A DNA stretch of 64,000 bases, taken from contig JALDZS010000123.1 of assembly GCA_022813965.1 (NCBI GenBank), positions 1 to 64,000 on the forward strand, in the 5' to 3' direction. A model generated the notes under the pieces. That model saw nothing but the letters and a program-made list of their open reading frames with translations, was not told the origin of the DNA and made no database searches. Within the stretch, counting starts at the first letter, position 1. Every line of letters starts with the position of its first letter. Both the position numbers and the translations under genes were made by a program. This stretch comes from Toensbergia leucococca. Its lineage: Eukaryota. Positions 24,799 through 36,534 of the stretch are shown piece by piece.

Positions 24799-26654
24799 AT
24801 GGCAGAAGCTTTTGGCATCTTTGGTGCTGTGTCTGGAGCTCTGGGTACGCTAAACCTAGCTAGGGTACTGTTCACAAGCCTCATAACGACCGTGCGGGAG
24901 TATCGCGAGGCTGGTGCGAAGCTGATTGACCTGAGCCATAGCTTTGACAGCTTCCTGGCTCGCCTGGATATCTGGGCCAAATGTTGGCATGTTAGCGATG
25001 AATCACCTTTTGAACTATACATAGCTTTGTGGAGCTATACCGGCTGCTCATCAATATTCAGGCAATTGGCTTTCATCGACAAGACGAGCGAAGATTTTGC
25101 TCGTATTTTGTCGAAACTGGTCAATCCCGACAAATTGGCCCGCCTCGATCCCAAACTCAAACTTACCGCAGCCCGAGTCAACCGCAACGTGGTCGATTAC
25201 CGGGAAATGGAACTCCATACATGGCGTGACGCAAGAAATGGACATCGAGCAGGAAGGAAAGAGAAGTCCAAGGCGCTTGGGAAGCTCGCCCAAAATGCTC
25301 TATCACCAAGAGACAAGGCCAATTTCATTCTTCTAAAGTCCGAACAATTATCAGAGTACCTCGACGATCTCAATGAAAGGTTCAATGTATTGTACAATGA
25401 TGCCTTGGATTCCTTTACAGCGATGCATCCGAGCGCCGAGCGCACTGCTTCTGTGACGGCTCGGCGTGAAATCGCTGCTGCCTCGATGCTTCTGCAACGT
25501 GCGCTTGGTACAAAGGCAGCGTCCGAGGCTTTGTATCAAACTTGTCTCAACCTGAGTTGCCAGGAAAAACAGAAGGGTCATGCTGCAATTTCCGCCATTT
25601 TGCGGAGGAACAAAAAAGACGACGATCTACCAAAACTCGAAATGAATCTCTTATTGAGTAGCAAAGACGGAAAGCTCGTAAATCATGATGACCACAATAC
25701 TCCTAAACTATTTTACCATTTACTCATCGCTTGGCCAAAAGCTAAGAAACGGCAAGAAATCCTAGTCGAGGGTCCAGTCCAGCCACGCATCCAACATCCA
25801 TACGAGCCTCACGTTGCAACTGATTTTGAGAAAGCGTGCATGATGGTACAAGGGCAGAGATCCTGCGATTTTCAGGCTCCATCAGATTTAGAAGCGGAGC
25901 TCTGGTTTCGGTTGACTTCCCCATCAGATCTAATACAAGCTGGGAGTCAGAAAGAGGTCCATCTTTCAGGTCTGCTGGATCGAATACAAACGAAGACATC
26001 TGCTGAAGCTCATGAGCAATTTCCACTTTCTGAAAGACTAGATCTTGCATACAAGATAGTCGAATGCGGGCTTTTGTTATTGGGAACATCCTGGTTCTCA
26101 AACCTCAGCAGCAAAAGAATTCAACGTATTTCACGGCCTGGCATTGGCCAACGTAGGCGATTCCTTCTTGAAACAGGAAATTCAGAGAGCGAAGAACTGA
26201 CTTCCGTGGAGCCACAGACGTTTAGTATAGGGGTGCTTTTGACAGAGATCGCTATTGCACAATCAGTCATACGCATCACCAAGTTTAAAGGAGATGACGG
26301 TATAGAATTAGACCTAGTGATGGCTATTCTACGGGGCAGGACTCAAGAATGTCGCCCTCTCCCAGCAGCTGAAGTGATCACTCGGGTTGATCAGAACATG
26401 GGACAGCGTTACAGTAGAGCCGTGGAAACTGTCTTCAACAGTCGCCGCGAACGAGGAACCCCGATTGGGCCAGGATTAGACAGTCTAGCAATCCATCAGA
26501 TCGTGAAGATGCATACCGAGAAATGTTACAAGATTACTACGCTGAAGTGTATACGCCGTAAGTGTATAGTTCGAGGCTTCCAAATGAAACAGATACTCAC
26601 TGTCACACCAGATTGAAAGATCTTCGCGAAGCCCATCTACTAATCAAAAATTGA
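24799..26654 (+). CDS. HeLo-like N-terminal domain + degenerate kinase-like C-terminal domain; 1-bp frameshift near 26428; terminal intron 26558-26611
   Basis: MAEAFGIFGAVSGALG..FLARLDIW N-terminus; C-terminal ERLDLAYKIVECGLLLLGTSW, FSIGVLLTEIA, MGQRYSRAVE; the shifted frame continues CLQ...DYYAEVYTP|LKDL..*. Confidence 0.75.
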
Positions 26655-28035
26655 CTTGGCACAACATGATATTGCTAATCGAATACGAGTCGGCGATACT
26701 CTATTACGTGTGTTTACTATGCGACGCCCCCAAAATCCATTTCATGTGCTGGCGTTCGGAGTCAGGCAGATCATATATATTTGCTTCCCAATTCAGCGGC
26801 CTACAACACCCCAACTTATCCTACATGTAGCGAGTGACAGCATCTCTTCTCGTTCTCATCTCCACCAATCAGTCCCCTCCAAAAGTGAAGCTGGAATTTT
26901 TGAAATCCATTACCTTTTATATGTCTGCTGATCGACCATGTTCAACCCGAAGCAGCTTTTGCCTCCCGCCTGTATCTCTCATTGCTGTGACAACAATCAT
27001 ATTTCTTTACTCTTATTCTCTCAATTCAGATTTATCATGAAAATGAGAAGATGTTGTTCACCTGATCTGTTTTTGTGTCAGTTACTGAAATATTAAAGAA
27101 AAACATAAGTATAATAATACAAGCTTCACTTCAAGCAGCTTCAGAGCAGAGAAACAGATAATAAAAAATACTTCAAGGGTCTTACATTATCCTTATGCGG
27201 AAAAGTATTGAGGACTTGTTCCTCAGTCAAGAGAAGCAATGTTATTTAACAAGCGAATGAATTTCTGTCGCTGATGTCAGGCTCTTTCCTTAAGTTTCAG
27301 ATTTCCCGGACCAAGGTGACCAATTAATCCAGCTTACTCACGAGTGAGAATTTTAAGAGCTTAGCAATGATCGTGAGTGGAATGACCTATGCAGCCAGGC
27401 CATTCTGTAGCCCAGGGAAGGGCAACCAAATGGAGACCAGGCGACGAAGATCTGACCAACTCCGCCACCTCCAGAGTCGAAACCGGTCCACGGCATTGTC
27501 AATGATTGCCATGACTAGTTCAAAATGGCATAAGCGACCCTCAGACCTTTGACAAATTAATTTATTCCCCGACGCGCTAACCGAACCCAATACGCGCTCC
27601 GCCTTTTTAATTGCTGGCTGTGCTAGCTTGAAACCACCAAACCAGATGTTTCCAAATTCATGCGACCGTTTCTGTGACGGCTTCGGAGATTTTGTTCGAA
27701 TGTGGAGCTTGATCATATGATGGTTTCACTTTGTGGCGGGGTAAGGAGTCCGTGGAAAAGAAAGGGCTGTGCTCGAATTCAGCCATTCAATGTCGAGTTA
27801 TAGAGTGGCCATGCCGGGTTTTGGAAGGCCTGAGAGAGACAATGTGATACGCGACGCCTAAATCTTCCAAAATATAAAAGAGTTGCTAAGCAGCCAAGGG
27901 AAACCAGATTCGCCTCTCTCTCTCTTTTAATCCTCTTCTCATATATCCCATCACGAGAACCCTACTTTCCTGTTGCCTGTTCTTTCTTTCTCATATGAAT
28001 CTCCCGCTTTAATTCTCCCTCGCCCCCCCTAAACA

Positions 28036-28732
28036 ATGCGCCTGCACCACCTCCTCCCCGCCCTCTCCATCTCTCTCCACCTCGCCTCCTCCCTCCCCAC
28101 CTGCCCCTTCGACATCTGCCCCGCCCCCTCCACCCCTCCTGCGATCTGCGGTACCGCTCCCGTATCTCCTCTTGGTCGCCGTCGCGATGTAGCCGTAGCC
28201 CGTACCACGCCTCTCTGCTGCTGGCTCTCCGGAACCGCAAACCACGCCCTCGTCAACGGGATCCCGTCTCCTGTCTTTTATCTGCCGGCAGGGACGTATA
28301 TGATCAGCTGGGCGAATTTCTTCCTGGTGGGCGCGGCTTCGGAGGCGATTGGTGAGTGTGTTTTTTTTTTTGTTGCCAGATATTCTCTGTCTTGTGTGCC
28401 TTGGCCTTGTCATTTGTTTGAGGCAATTGGGCTTTTTACTTTTGCTTTCGCCTTTTGCCATTTTTGCCCAATGGGGAGAGAGAGTGTGTGTGTAAAGTCA
28501 TGGAAAGGGAGAGTCATATAAACTGACTGACGTATTTTGGGGGGTGGGGGAATTAGTCAATTTGGAAGTTTGGACCCAGGGTGCGAATGGGGTCAACATG
28601 TTCCTCGATCAGCTGTGGAGCCAGGGCGAGACGGTCGTGAGCGATGGCGTTACGGGCATGTATCTTGTGCTGAAGCAGTTGGGGACGGGACCGCATCAGG
28701 TGGTTTTGCCTTGGGCGCTGGCGGCGCAGTAG
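28036..28732 (+). CDS. Small secreted protein, paralog of 15225-15826 (2 exons; intron 28352-28556)
   Basis: Signal peptide, Cys/Pro pro-region, RRR site, FYLPAGTY and SDGVTGMYLVLKQLG; phase-1 intron at the equivalent position. Confidence 0.75.
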
Positions 28733-28949
28733 TGATAGGTACGATTTATGATGGACTGGGTGTTGGGACGAGTGTTTGATGATGATAGTGATGAGAGGCT
28801 AGGATGATGAGGAGGGTGAATGCTGATGGTGCTGGGGGATGGGAACGGGGTGGGTGAGTCGATGATATCCTTGTTTTTTGCATGAGAGCGGGCGTTGGCA
28901 GTTTTCGGGTTTGGTGTGGGCGGCGGTACCCTATCTTTTGATCCCCCGT

Positions 28950-30100
28950 TACAACCATCTTGACAGTGTTTTTTCACCCCTTTAAAAAACCGCCAATGAC
29001 CCCTCCAGCCACCTCTCACCTAAACCCCTGAACCTTTTCAATATCTTCCTTCCTATTCAGTCCCCCGCGCAATCTCCCCCTTGAAATCCCCTTCCCCCTC
29101 ACCCCAAAAAACCTCATACAGCCCAGCCCAGCCAACAACCTTCTATTATACATTCAGTCATCACTGCATTGAAATATCACCTGATAGACACTGCCTTCCC
29201 CCCTTTATTTTCTTTTCTTTTCTTTTCTTTTCTGTTTCTTGTTAGTCAAGCTCATAAAAGCCTTCTTGACTGAGTGAGGGGTCTGAGGGTTGTGATTAGA
29301 GAAGGGGGTTGTAAGCAGGGGGGTTTTTTTTGAAGGGGGGGGAGATTTTGCTGAGGGGAGAGGGAAGGGGAAGGGAGGGGTTTGAGATTTGAGATTTGAG
29401 TCTTTTTGTTTTTGTTTTCTTTACTTTATCTTTATCTTTCTTTCCTTTCTCCTTTCTGATAAACAACCTTCTCTAAAAACCTCATCATCACTTTTCTCTT
29501 TTAATAAATTACTTTAAATATCTTATATAAACTCACATCTCTCAACAACACACTCTCTCTAAAGAAAAAGAACACAAAAAAAGAATTGTAAAAGATTCAG
29601 ATCTGATACAGCGCAAAATCAGTCACTCAATATTGTATTTATGAAACTAATGTAACTCTAAATCTTTTTTCTCTTATCTTCATCTTCTTTGTGCGCAAAA
29701 AAAATGACAACTTCTTTTTATTAAAGAAAATACTTAGCAATATCTAAGAAAAAAGAGAAAAAATTCTGAATTTGTTTTTAAAAGTGTTTAAGTGAGTTGA
29801 AAGGCTTAAGATAAAAATTTTTGAAGGGGGTTTCTGGAAGGAGGGGGGGGGTGTGATAGACAGACAAAAATGAAACCCCTCTTCTTTCAATAAGAAGAAA
29901 GACTCAAATAGGTTGTAAGGTCAAGAATATCACATTCCTTTGATATTCAAGTTTGTTGATGCCTCACTATCTGCAAAAATCACTAGCTTTTACATACATT
30001 TTCAGAGAAAATCAGCTGCGTATTTTTTTTATTAAAAAGATACAAAATCAACAGATTCAATGACACTTAAAAGGTCATTCTCACCCTCATCTTTGAAAAT
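28950..30100. other. AT-rich CpG-depleted low-complexity intergenic tract with a (CTTTT)n microsatellite near 29209-29232
   Basis: Very few CG, homopolymer runs, no ORF in the track across 29020-30138. Confidence 0.6.
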
Positions 30101-30152
30101 CAGTCTTCTGCATCTTCATCATCTTCAATCCATGACCTTTGCTTTATTCAAG

Positions 30153-31719
30153 TCATGACTCATTCATTTCATCCGCGTCCTCCTCTTCCTCCTCGTTTGA
30201 CCCTTCATCTTCCGACTCCTCCGGAACTTGGACAACCCTCCATCCATCCTCAATCAGGTCATCCACTGCATCAGCAAACCACAACACACTTAACTGCGTC
30301 TGTGAGTCAAAACTCCGGCCATGCCGATCATATGTACGTCCATGTGCCCTATTCTCCCTCCTCACCTCTTCGCCAAGCATGAACCCGCCTATCTCACCTT
30401 CCTTCAAAACAACTTCCGCGTCATCATCTGTGCTCGCCTTCTTGACCCTCACCAAAGCCGTCCCGGGGATGGCTGCTCTGCCCAGCATCTCTCGCGAGCC
30501 AGTCGCAAGCACAAGTTGCACCCGGCTAATCCAATTACCACGAATCCTCAGATCCTTCTTCGTCCCTTTAATCAATGCTCGATCATCCTGGACTTGTATT
30601 CGTTTCCCATGACAGCGAAGTCTCTGGGTGGCTGTGACAAAGTTGTCGATGAGGAATTCGTCGCCGACATTAATTCGCGTCGATGGGAGGAATGTTTTAG
30701 CCGTGGCGGGGATGCTGATAAAGCGATTCTGGAATGGGACGCCGGGATTTAGCTGTGCTAATCCTATATCCGTGATACCAATTTGCTCATTCACGTAGTC
30801 TACTGACGATTCCACTGGAATGAGGTCGGACAGAGGCGGGCATTCCGGCTTCCAAAGCATACTCCTATACCCCAGTTGCCAACAGTGGAGAGCTACCGTC
30901 AAGCGTTTTTCATTGCCCCTCGTGACCGCAATCCCTGATGAAGTGTGGTATCCAGACTGCGCTTGAAGCATCGCACCCGAGAAGAAGCATCCACGAGGGT
31001 TTACATACTCTGAGCAATCGGCTTGTAACATACCAGCGAGAACGTCTCGCTGTTGGCATGTCAAACCCTTGACTTCTGCCGTGGCTAATGGCCCATTGGT
31101 GTATCTAAGCAATAAGTCTGTGTTGTAGAAATAATGAGGAAGCTGCCGAAAACGGCCAGACCAGCTTCTTTCATCCTCCTCTGGATACTCTACAATGATT
31201 GTTTCAAAGACAAAAGAGATAGCAGAAGCACCAGGAAAATATTGCACTGCAATGCGCAGTAAAGTATCGTTCCTCGGCATGTGAAAGGGTGACAAATCGA
31301 GGAGAAGATCATCATCAATCGAGAGACTATGACTTGATGCCCAGCGACCGGTGAAGACATCTCCTGGGATTGATTCGGCTTTGTTAAGCCACATTGCGAT
31401 ACGGCCGGCAATGAAGAACGGTCGCTCGTGCGGCGGGGGAAGCCCATTCTCGCACCAGAGGAAGAGAAACGGACTATAGTCATCAATCTTATAAGCGCCG
31501 TAGAGTTCCTTTAAGTAGTTGTTCAGTGCTTTCAAATGGACGTACACGGTCATCCCCAAAGTTTGGTTCGGTGCGTCCCAGAGAGAGAGAGAACTCCTCG
31601 AAATCTAAGGATGCCGGACGGGCGGAGCCATTGGAGTAGGAAGTCACTTCTGGTTGGAAACGAGGAGTCAGTACTGGGTGCCTTTCCAAAGATGGAGATT
31701 GAATGATGATTGACGCCAT
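30153..31719 (-). CDS. Hypothetical protein with degenerate chymotrypsin-fold C-terminal domain; probable frameshift in a (GA)6 tract at 31581-31592
   Basis: LTVALHC (His motif) and DIGLAQL (Asp motif); no GDSG/GxCG at the nucleophile position (AAIPGTALV); acidic tail. Confidence 0.55.
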
Positions 31720-31992
31720 GATGGATGAAGGGCTGAATCTTGAGTTTTGGCGGTAAAGACAAAATTCATGGCGATATGAAGTGATCGAAGCTAAATGAGA
31801 TGTAAAAGGAAGTGAAGTCTTGTCAAGACGCGTTTTGACCATGATGAAGAGCACGAGTGAATAGAGCAAGCGAGCACGCGTTTTGACAGAGAAATGATTA
31901 TGCTTACATTAACAGCAACCATCCCGTCATCATCTTCTCCTCGTCCGCCCTCCTTATGTATCCGATCCATTCGCCGCGTCCTGATCTTCGCA

Positions 31993-33482
31993 TCATACCC
32001 GTTTGCAATAACTCCTCCCCCGGTTGACCTGCCACTTACACAGCGCTACCTCAAGCGCCATACCCAGAAACCCAGCCACACAGATACCGCCTGAATCACT
32101 CACGCTGGTCGCGCCCAGCGAGAACTCCCTCTCTTCTTTGGGCACATGATCTGTAATCTCGGCGAAAGTGTTGACGTATACCAAGCCACCAAGCAGGCCC
32201 TCCCAAAAGACGATGCCAAATATGATATATATATTAGGTATAAAATTGAACAAAGCATGCAGTGTTAGGACGAGGAAGTTCGCGATTTGAAGAAAGGACG
32301 GGAGGTACAGGTTATGGATTCGGAAGAAGGGGGTTGAAGAACGAGAGACGAAGACACCGGTTTGGTAGATGGCGTTGTAGGTAGGGTAGAAGGCGCGAAA
32401 GTGAGTGAAGGGTGTTTCGGGGAGCGGGAAGAGGAGGGTAGGTGACACGCCTTGGTTGATGATGTATTCAGCTATATAGACAAGGAGGAGAGGGAGCATG
32501 CTGGGATGGGATTAGCTTTGAGAAGACTACGCGAGAGAGCACGGGACTTGCTATGGGAAGAAGAGACGACGTGAGCGATTGACATTGCTGATGAAGTGAG
32601 CTTGCCAGGTGATATGGGACTGGCTGGTAGAATGATAGGAGTCGGTTGTGACAAGATTGTGGCTCGAGGAGCTACCAAGTAATCCTTCATCTTCACGGCT
32701 TCTTATAGACGGATCACTGCTACTAACCTGATACTCGTCGGCTTCTTCATCCTCACTGGCCGTTACACGGCTGCCTTTTTGTTGTTGAGTCGAATAGGCC
32801 TCTCTTCTTAACGGGCCTTTCGGCAACAGGACAAAGAAGCTGATCAGCATAACGGCAGGCAGCATCGAAGAAACCAGAAGGCTCCTCTTCACACTTAAGC
32901 CAAACGATGTTGTGGCCACAGCATAGGCGCCTGCACCTATGAGGCCAGCTCCGCCTGTACCACTCCCCCAAGCCGCAAGGCTAAAGGGTCCGTAGAAGTG
33001 GGTCAAACCCAAGAAACTAAGTTCTCCGCCTCCACTGCTTAGACTAGCAAGTATCACGCCAGCCATCTTGGTGGAAATTGTACCACCGTCGGTATAGGCG
33101 GGCGTGAGTGCAATGAGGAGCATGCCCATGCTGGATAGTGCGACGAAGAGGACAATACGAGTGGGGTAGGGGATGGCGTGGATGAAGTAGGGAGCGCAGA
33201 GCTTCATCAAGAATGAAGGTATGACGTCTGAGAGGAGGACGACGCCCTTTGGGACATTGGGGCCAACGAGATCCAAGGCTGCTGAAAGAATGATGACATA
33301 GAGGACGTTGTTGATCAGACCTAGTATATGATCAGCTTGCTATTCAGAGATTGGCCACTCGTGGGTTTACCGAAGAGCCAAAAGGCAGCACAGACTCGAA
33401 GGTCGGCGCCATCAAAAGCGGCCGTCAGTCGTGCTCGGCACATTGGCCAAGATGAGGATGGGGCTCCTGGTAGTGGCAGCAT
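31993..33482 (-). CDS. BTN1: Battenin/CLN3 vacuolar membrane protein (3 exons, second intron GC-AG at 32501-32551)
   Basis: [66 protein letters not shown]. Confidence 0.95.
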
Positions 33483-34742
33483 GATCTCTTGACAAGCTTG
33501 TACTCGTAGCTATTCTGCCAATGAAGACAAGGTCATCTCGCCATGACTTTCATGACGGGTCTTTGAGACGCAGTCACTTGTCAAAAGGCAGTAGGCAGAC
33601 GTGCTTCCCACGTTGTGTTTTATATTTTGTGTTTTGTGTTTTGTTCGTCGTGGCTTGCAGATTCTGCCCCGCCCTCACCGAGCTTTGAGCTGAATTCGAG
33701 CTTCGGCCTCGGGTTCGGGTAACCTTAGGCAACCAATAGAATACTATTTAAGCGCTACTTCAGAATAGAATACTCGTACCATTTAACCTCTAGAACGAGA
33801 TGTTTGTTGCTCTCACCACCCTTGTGGCCGACTTGCCACAGTACAGCCACGGGCAGAAGCCGGCAGCTATTCTGCTCGTAGAATATCCAAAACCATAAAA
33901 AACCAGTGAGATAAGCAAGTCATGTGGGCGACTGCACTCACTGCGCCCCAAACCTTTACGTTTCCCAACTCCCCAGCGCGTTTGAAGTTGTTCGTGGTAA
34001 GACCAGCGGCTTCCTTCGGCTTTGAAATACTTGTTTTTAGGGAAAGGAGGGTGTGGGTGGAGTCATTAGCCTGAACCAAATACACTTTTGATTGTGGTCA
34101 ATGACCGGGAGTGGCTTCTCAAAGCCTCTCATCCTTTTCTTGGATTGCTATGCAAGTAGAGTCGGGCATTTTTCGGTGCGGCATTTGCATTGCATTTGCG
34201 TGTTCATTTCTAAGTGTTGCGGATTGATGTGATTTTGTCTGGTACGGGCAGCTCAAGGGGATCGAAGTCAAATAAGGAATATATCAAATGCCAAGGAAGG
34301 AGAAAATGAGGCCGTCTACGAATGACATTGAAAGCAATCGGCGATCAGCAGAATTAGTCGGCGATCTATTACCAAATGTGCAATAGCATGGCTTCGAGTT
34401 CTCATCTCTCAAGATCGTTGGATGGTGAGTAGGTAGAATTGAATGCCGACTCATCGAGGCGTCCTGCGGCCAGCCAAATCCCTCGCAATATTTAGCACGA
34501 GGCTGGCGACAAAACAGGTTCTTTTCAATGCGCCGGCGTCTTCCTCGTCATCTTTTCAATATACCTTCTCAAGTCTTGAGCCCTTCAGCGACTTTACATC
34601 TACAGCTGACACATAGGCGTGATACTGTACACTCGGTGATATGCACAGTACCTTTGTCACCATTTTATACTGATCACAGTGAGCGAAGCTCTCTTTGAAG
34701 CTTTGTGGGAGTCCTTGACAGCACTAGCCAACAAACAGAAAA

Positions 34743-36137
34743 ATGCCCAACAATGGTACAGTCACAGAGTCAGTTTCAATGTCCGGTCTTCTCGACCGTC
34801 TCGGCGAGCGAAAACCCGACTTCCTCGACGGCATTCAGTACTCAATACATTCCTATATTGCTAGTCAGGGCCGGCGAATCTGTATGTCTATTGTCGAGAA
34901 AGACGGCCGATGGGACGGCCATCCTCGTACGCACATCTTCAATTATCACAGCTTGTCCCAAAACGTGACATACGCCGATGTCTTCCAATGCTTCATTCGC
35001 AAGAGACCATACCACGGCCATGCGCTTGACTCTGGATTGTCGGAGCCTGTCGCCGGTATAATTGCAAGCAGATACGGTACCGTGCTGGAGTCTTGTACCG
35101 ACGATCTTGAGGAGTATTTCTTGGGTCGTCTTGTCGAGGATGAGGTTATTCGCAAAAGCCTCGCTGTTCACGTCGCAACACGACTGGCGGAAAAGGGTGT
35201 AAAAACAGCGCGCGATAAATTGACACACCTGATCACCCACGCTATCACCCAGCATGCTAGCACGCATACCACAATTGCAGTCCAACACGGAGTCACCGTT
35301 GCCACGCAGCATACGGCTGCTGTCACCGCCGGGACATCGGCCGGGGCTGTGGTAGGCTCCATCGTCGGAGCCATAATGATCAAAGCATTCGCGGCACACA
35401 TCGCAGTCATCCTGCCGAAGATTTTGGCCTCTGAAACGCTTCGCATGCTTGTTATGGCAGCCACGCACAAGGTTGTATATGTTAGCGCGACTGCTGCGAC
35501 GGCTAATCTGTTGGCTGCAAAGGCTGGCGCGGCGACAGCTTCAGCATTCCTTCATGCTATCATTGGACCTGTCGCTATATTATATGTTGTTTACAAGCTC
35601 AAGAGACTACCGAATGAGTTGGGTGCGAGCATTGCAAAAGGGGTCAAGAGAGATCTGGATGGGAAATTTAGAAGTATCACCAAGGAGGTCCTCAAAGAGA
35701 TGGTGAAAGAGGTCTTCGATCTTGAGAAGCTGGTTTCTGCGGTCGTTGACGACTTTATCACTGTTGATGAATGGGAAAAGACTCTTGAGGGGCTTGACGT
35801 TGCTGATCCGGCTATTGTGAGTTTGAATCTTGAGATCGCGAGAGGTGTGAGCTACGTCAATGGTATTCAAAAATTGAACAAGGCAGACGAGGCGCTAGAA
35901 ATCCAGAACGAGAGTCGACCAGCTTCTCGCGCGGATTTTGTTTGTTTTATATGCAGCCTGAACCAGGGACCTCTTGAAGACATTGACCAGCTGACTCACG
36001 CCAATGGTTGCTTGGATCAAATTCGGGATCATGAAAATATGGTCGTTCGCTGCTGGTTCTGCAATACAGATCTGCGAGATATGAATGATGTGGCGAAGAA
36101 TGAGCATTTGAATGGCTGTTTAGATAGGACAATGTAG
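34743..36137 (+). CDS. Hypothetical protein with Ala/Val/Thr-rich hydrophobic helices and two C-terminal UBZ4-like C2HC fingers
   Basis: Intronless 464 aa; CFIC-x14-HANGCLD and CWFC-x14-HLNGCLD. Confidence 0.75.
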   Translation: MPNNGTVTESVSMSGLLDRLGERKPDFLDGIQYSIHSYIASQGRRICMSIVEKDGRWDGHPRTHIFNYHSLSQNVTYADVFQCFIRKRPYHGHALDSGLSEPVAGIIASRYGTVLESCTDDLEEYFLGRLVEDEVIRKSLAVHVATRLAEKGVKTARDKLTHLITHAITQHASTHTTIAVQHGVTVATQHTAAVTAGTSAGAVVGSIVGAIMIKAFAAHIAVILPKILASETLRMLVMAATHKVVYVSATAATANLLAAKAGAATASAFLHAIIGPVAILYVVYKLKRLPNELGASIAKGVKRDLDGKFRSITKEVLKEMVKEVFDLEKLVSAVVDDFITVDEWEKTLEGLDVADPAIVSLNLEIARGVSYVNGIQKLNKADEALEIQNESRPASRADFVCFICSLNQGPLEDIDQLTHANGCLDQIRDHENMVVRCWFCNTDLRDMNDVAKNEHLNGCLDRTM

Positions 36138-36534
36138 CAGATTTATTGAGAGCCATTCATTGACGGACTAGCAACAGAAATTGCGAGAACGTACATTTCT
36201 TTCCTAAGCTTGCAGTAGTCTAGTCAGTAATTGATAGAGTGAAGTAGGATTAAAGAAAACAAGAAAGTACTTCAATTTTCTTTCAATTCGAAGACAGATG
36301 TTTGGAAGCTGTAGTCTGCTTTGCCCCTTGAATAAATACCCTGACCCTAATTCCTCTAGATTAGCCCTCATGGTCCATGGGGCTCTGCGCCCGGAAGGCC
36401 AACATTTATATTCTAAGCCGGTCCCACTTTCACTCCGGAAGGAATCGAGCTACCTTATTCTTACCACTTGCAATCATGATTGAACAACCAACCTCCATAT
36501 AAATGCTTCCGACCCATCTCCATAATCTCGAACC

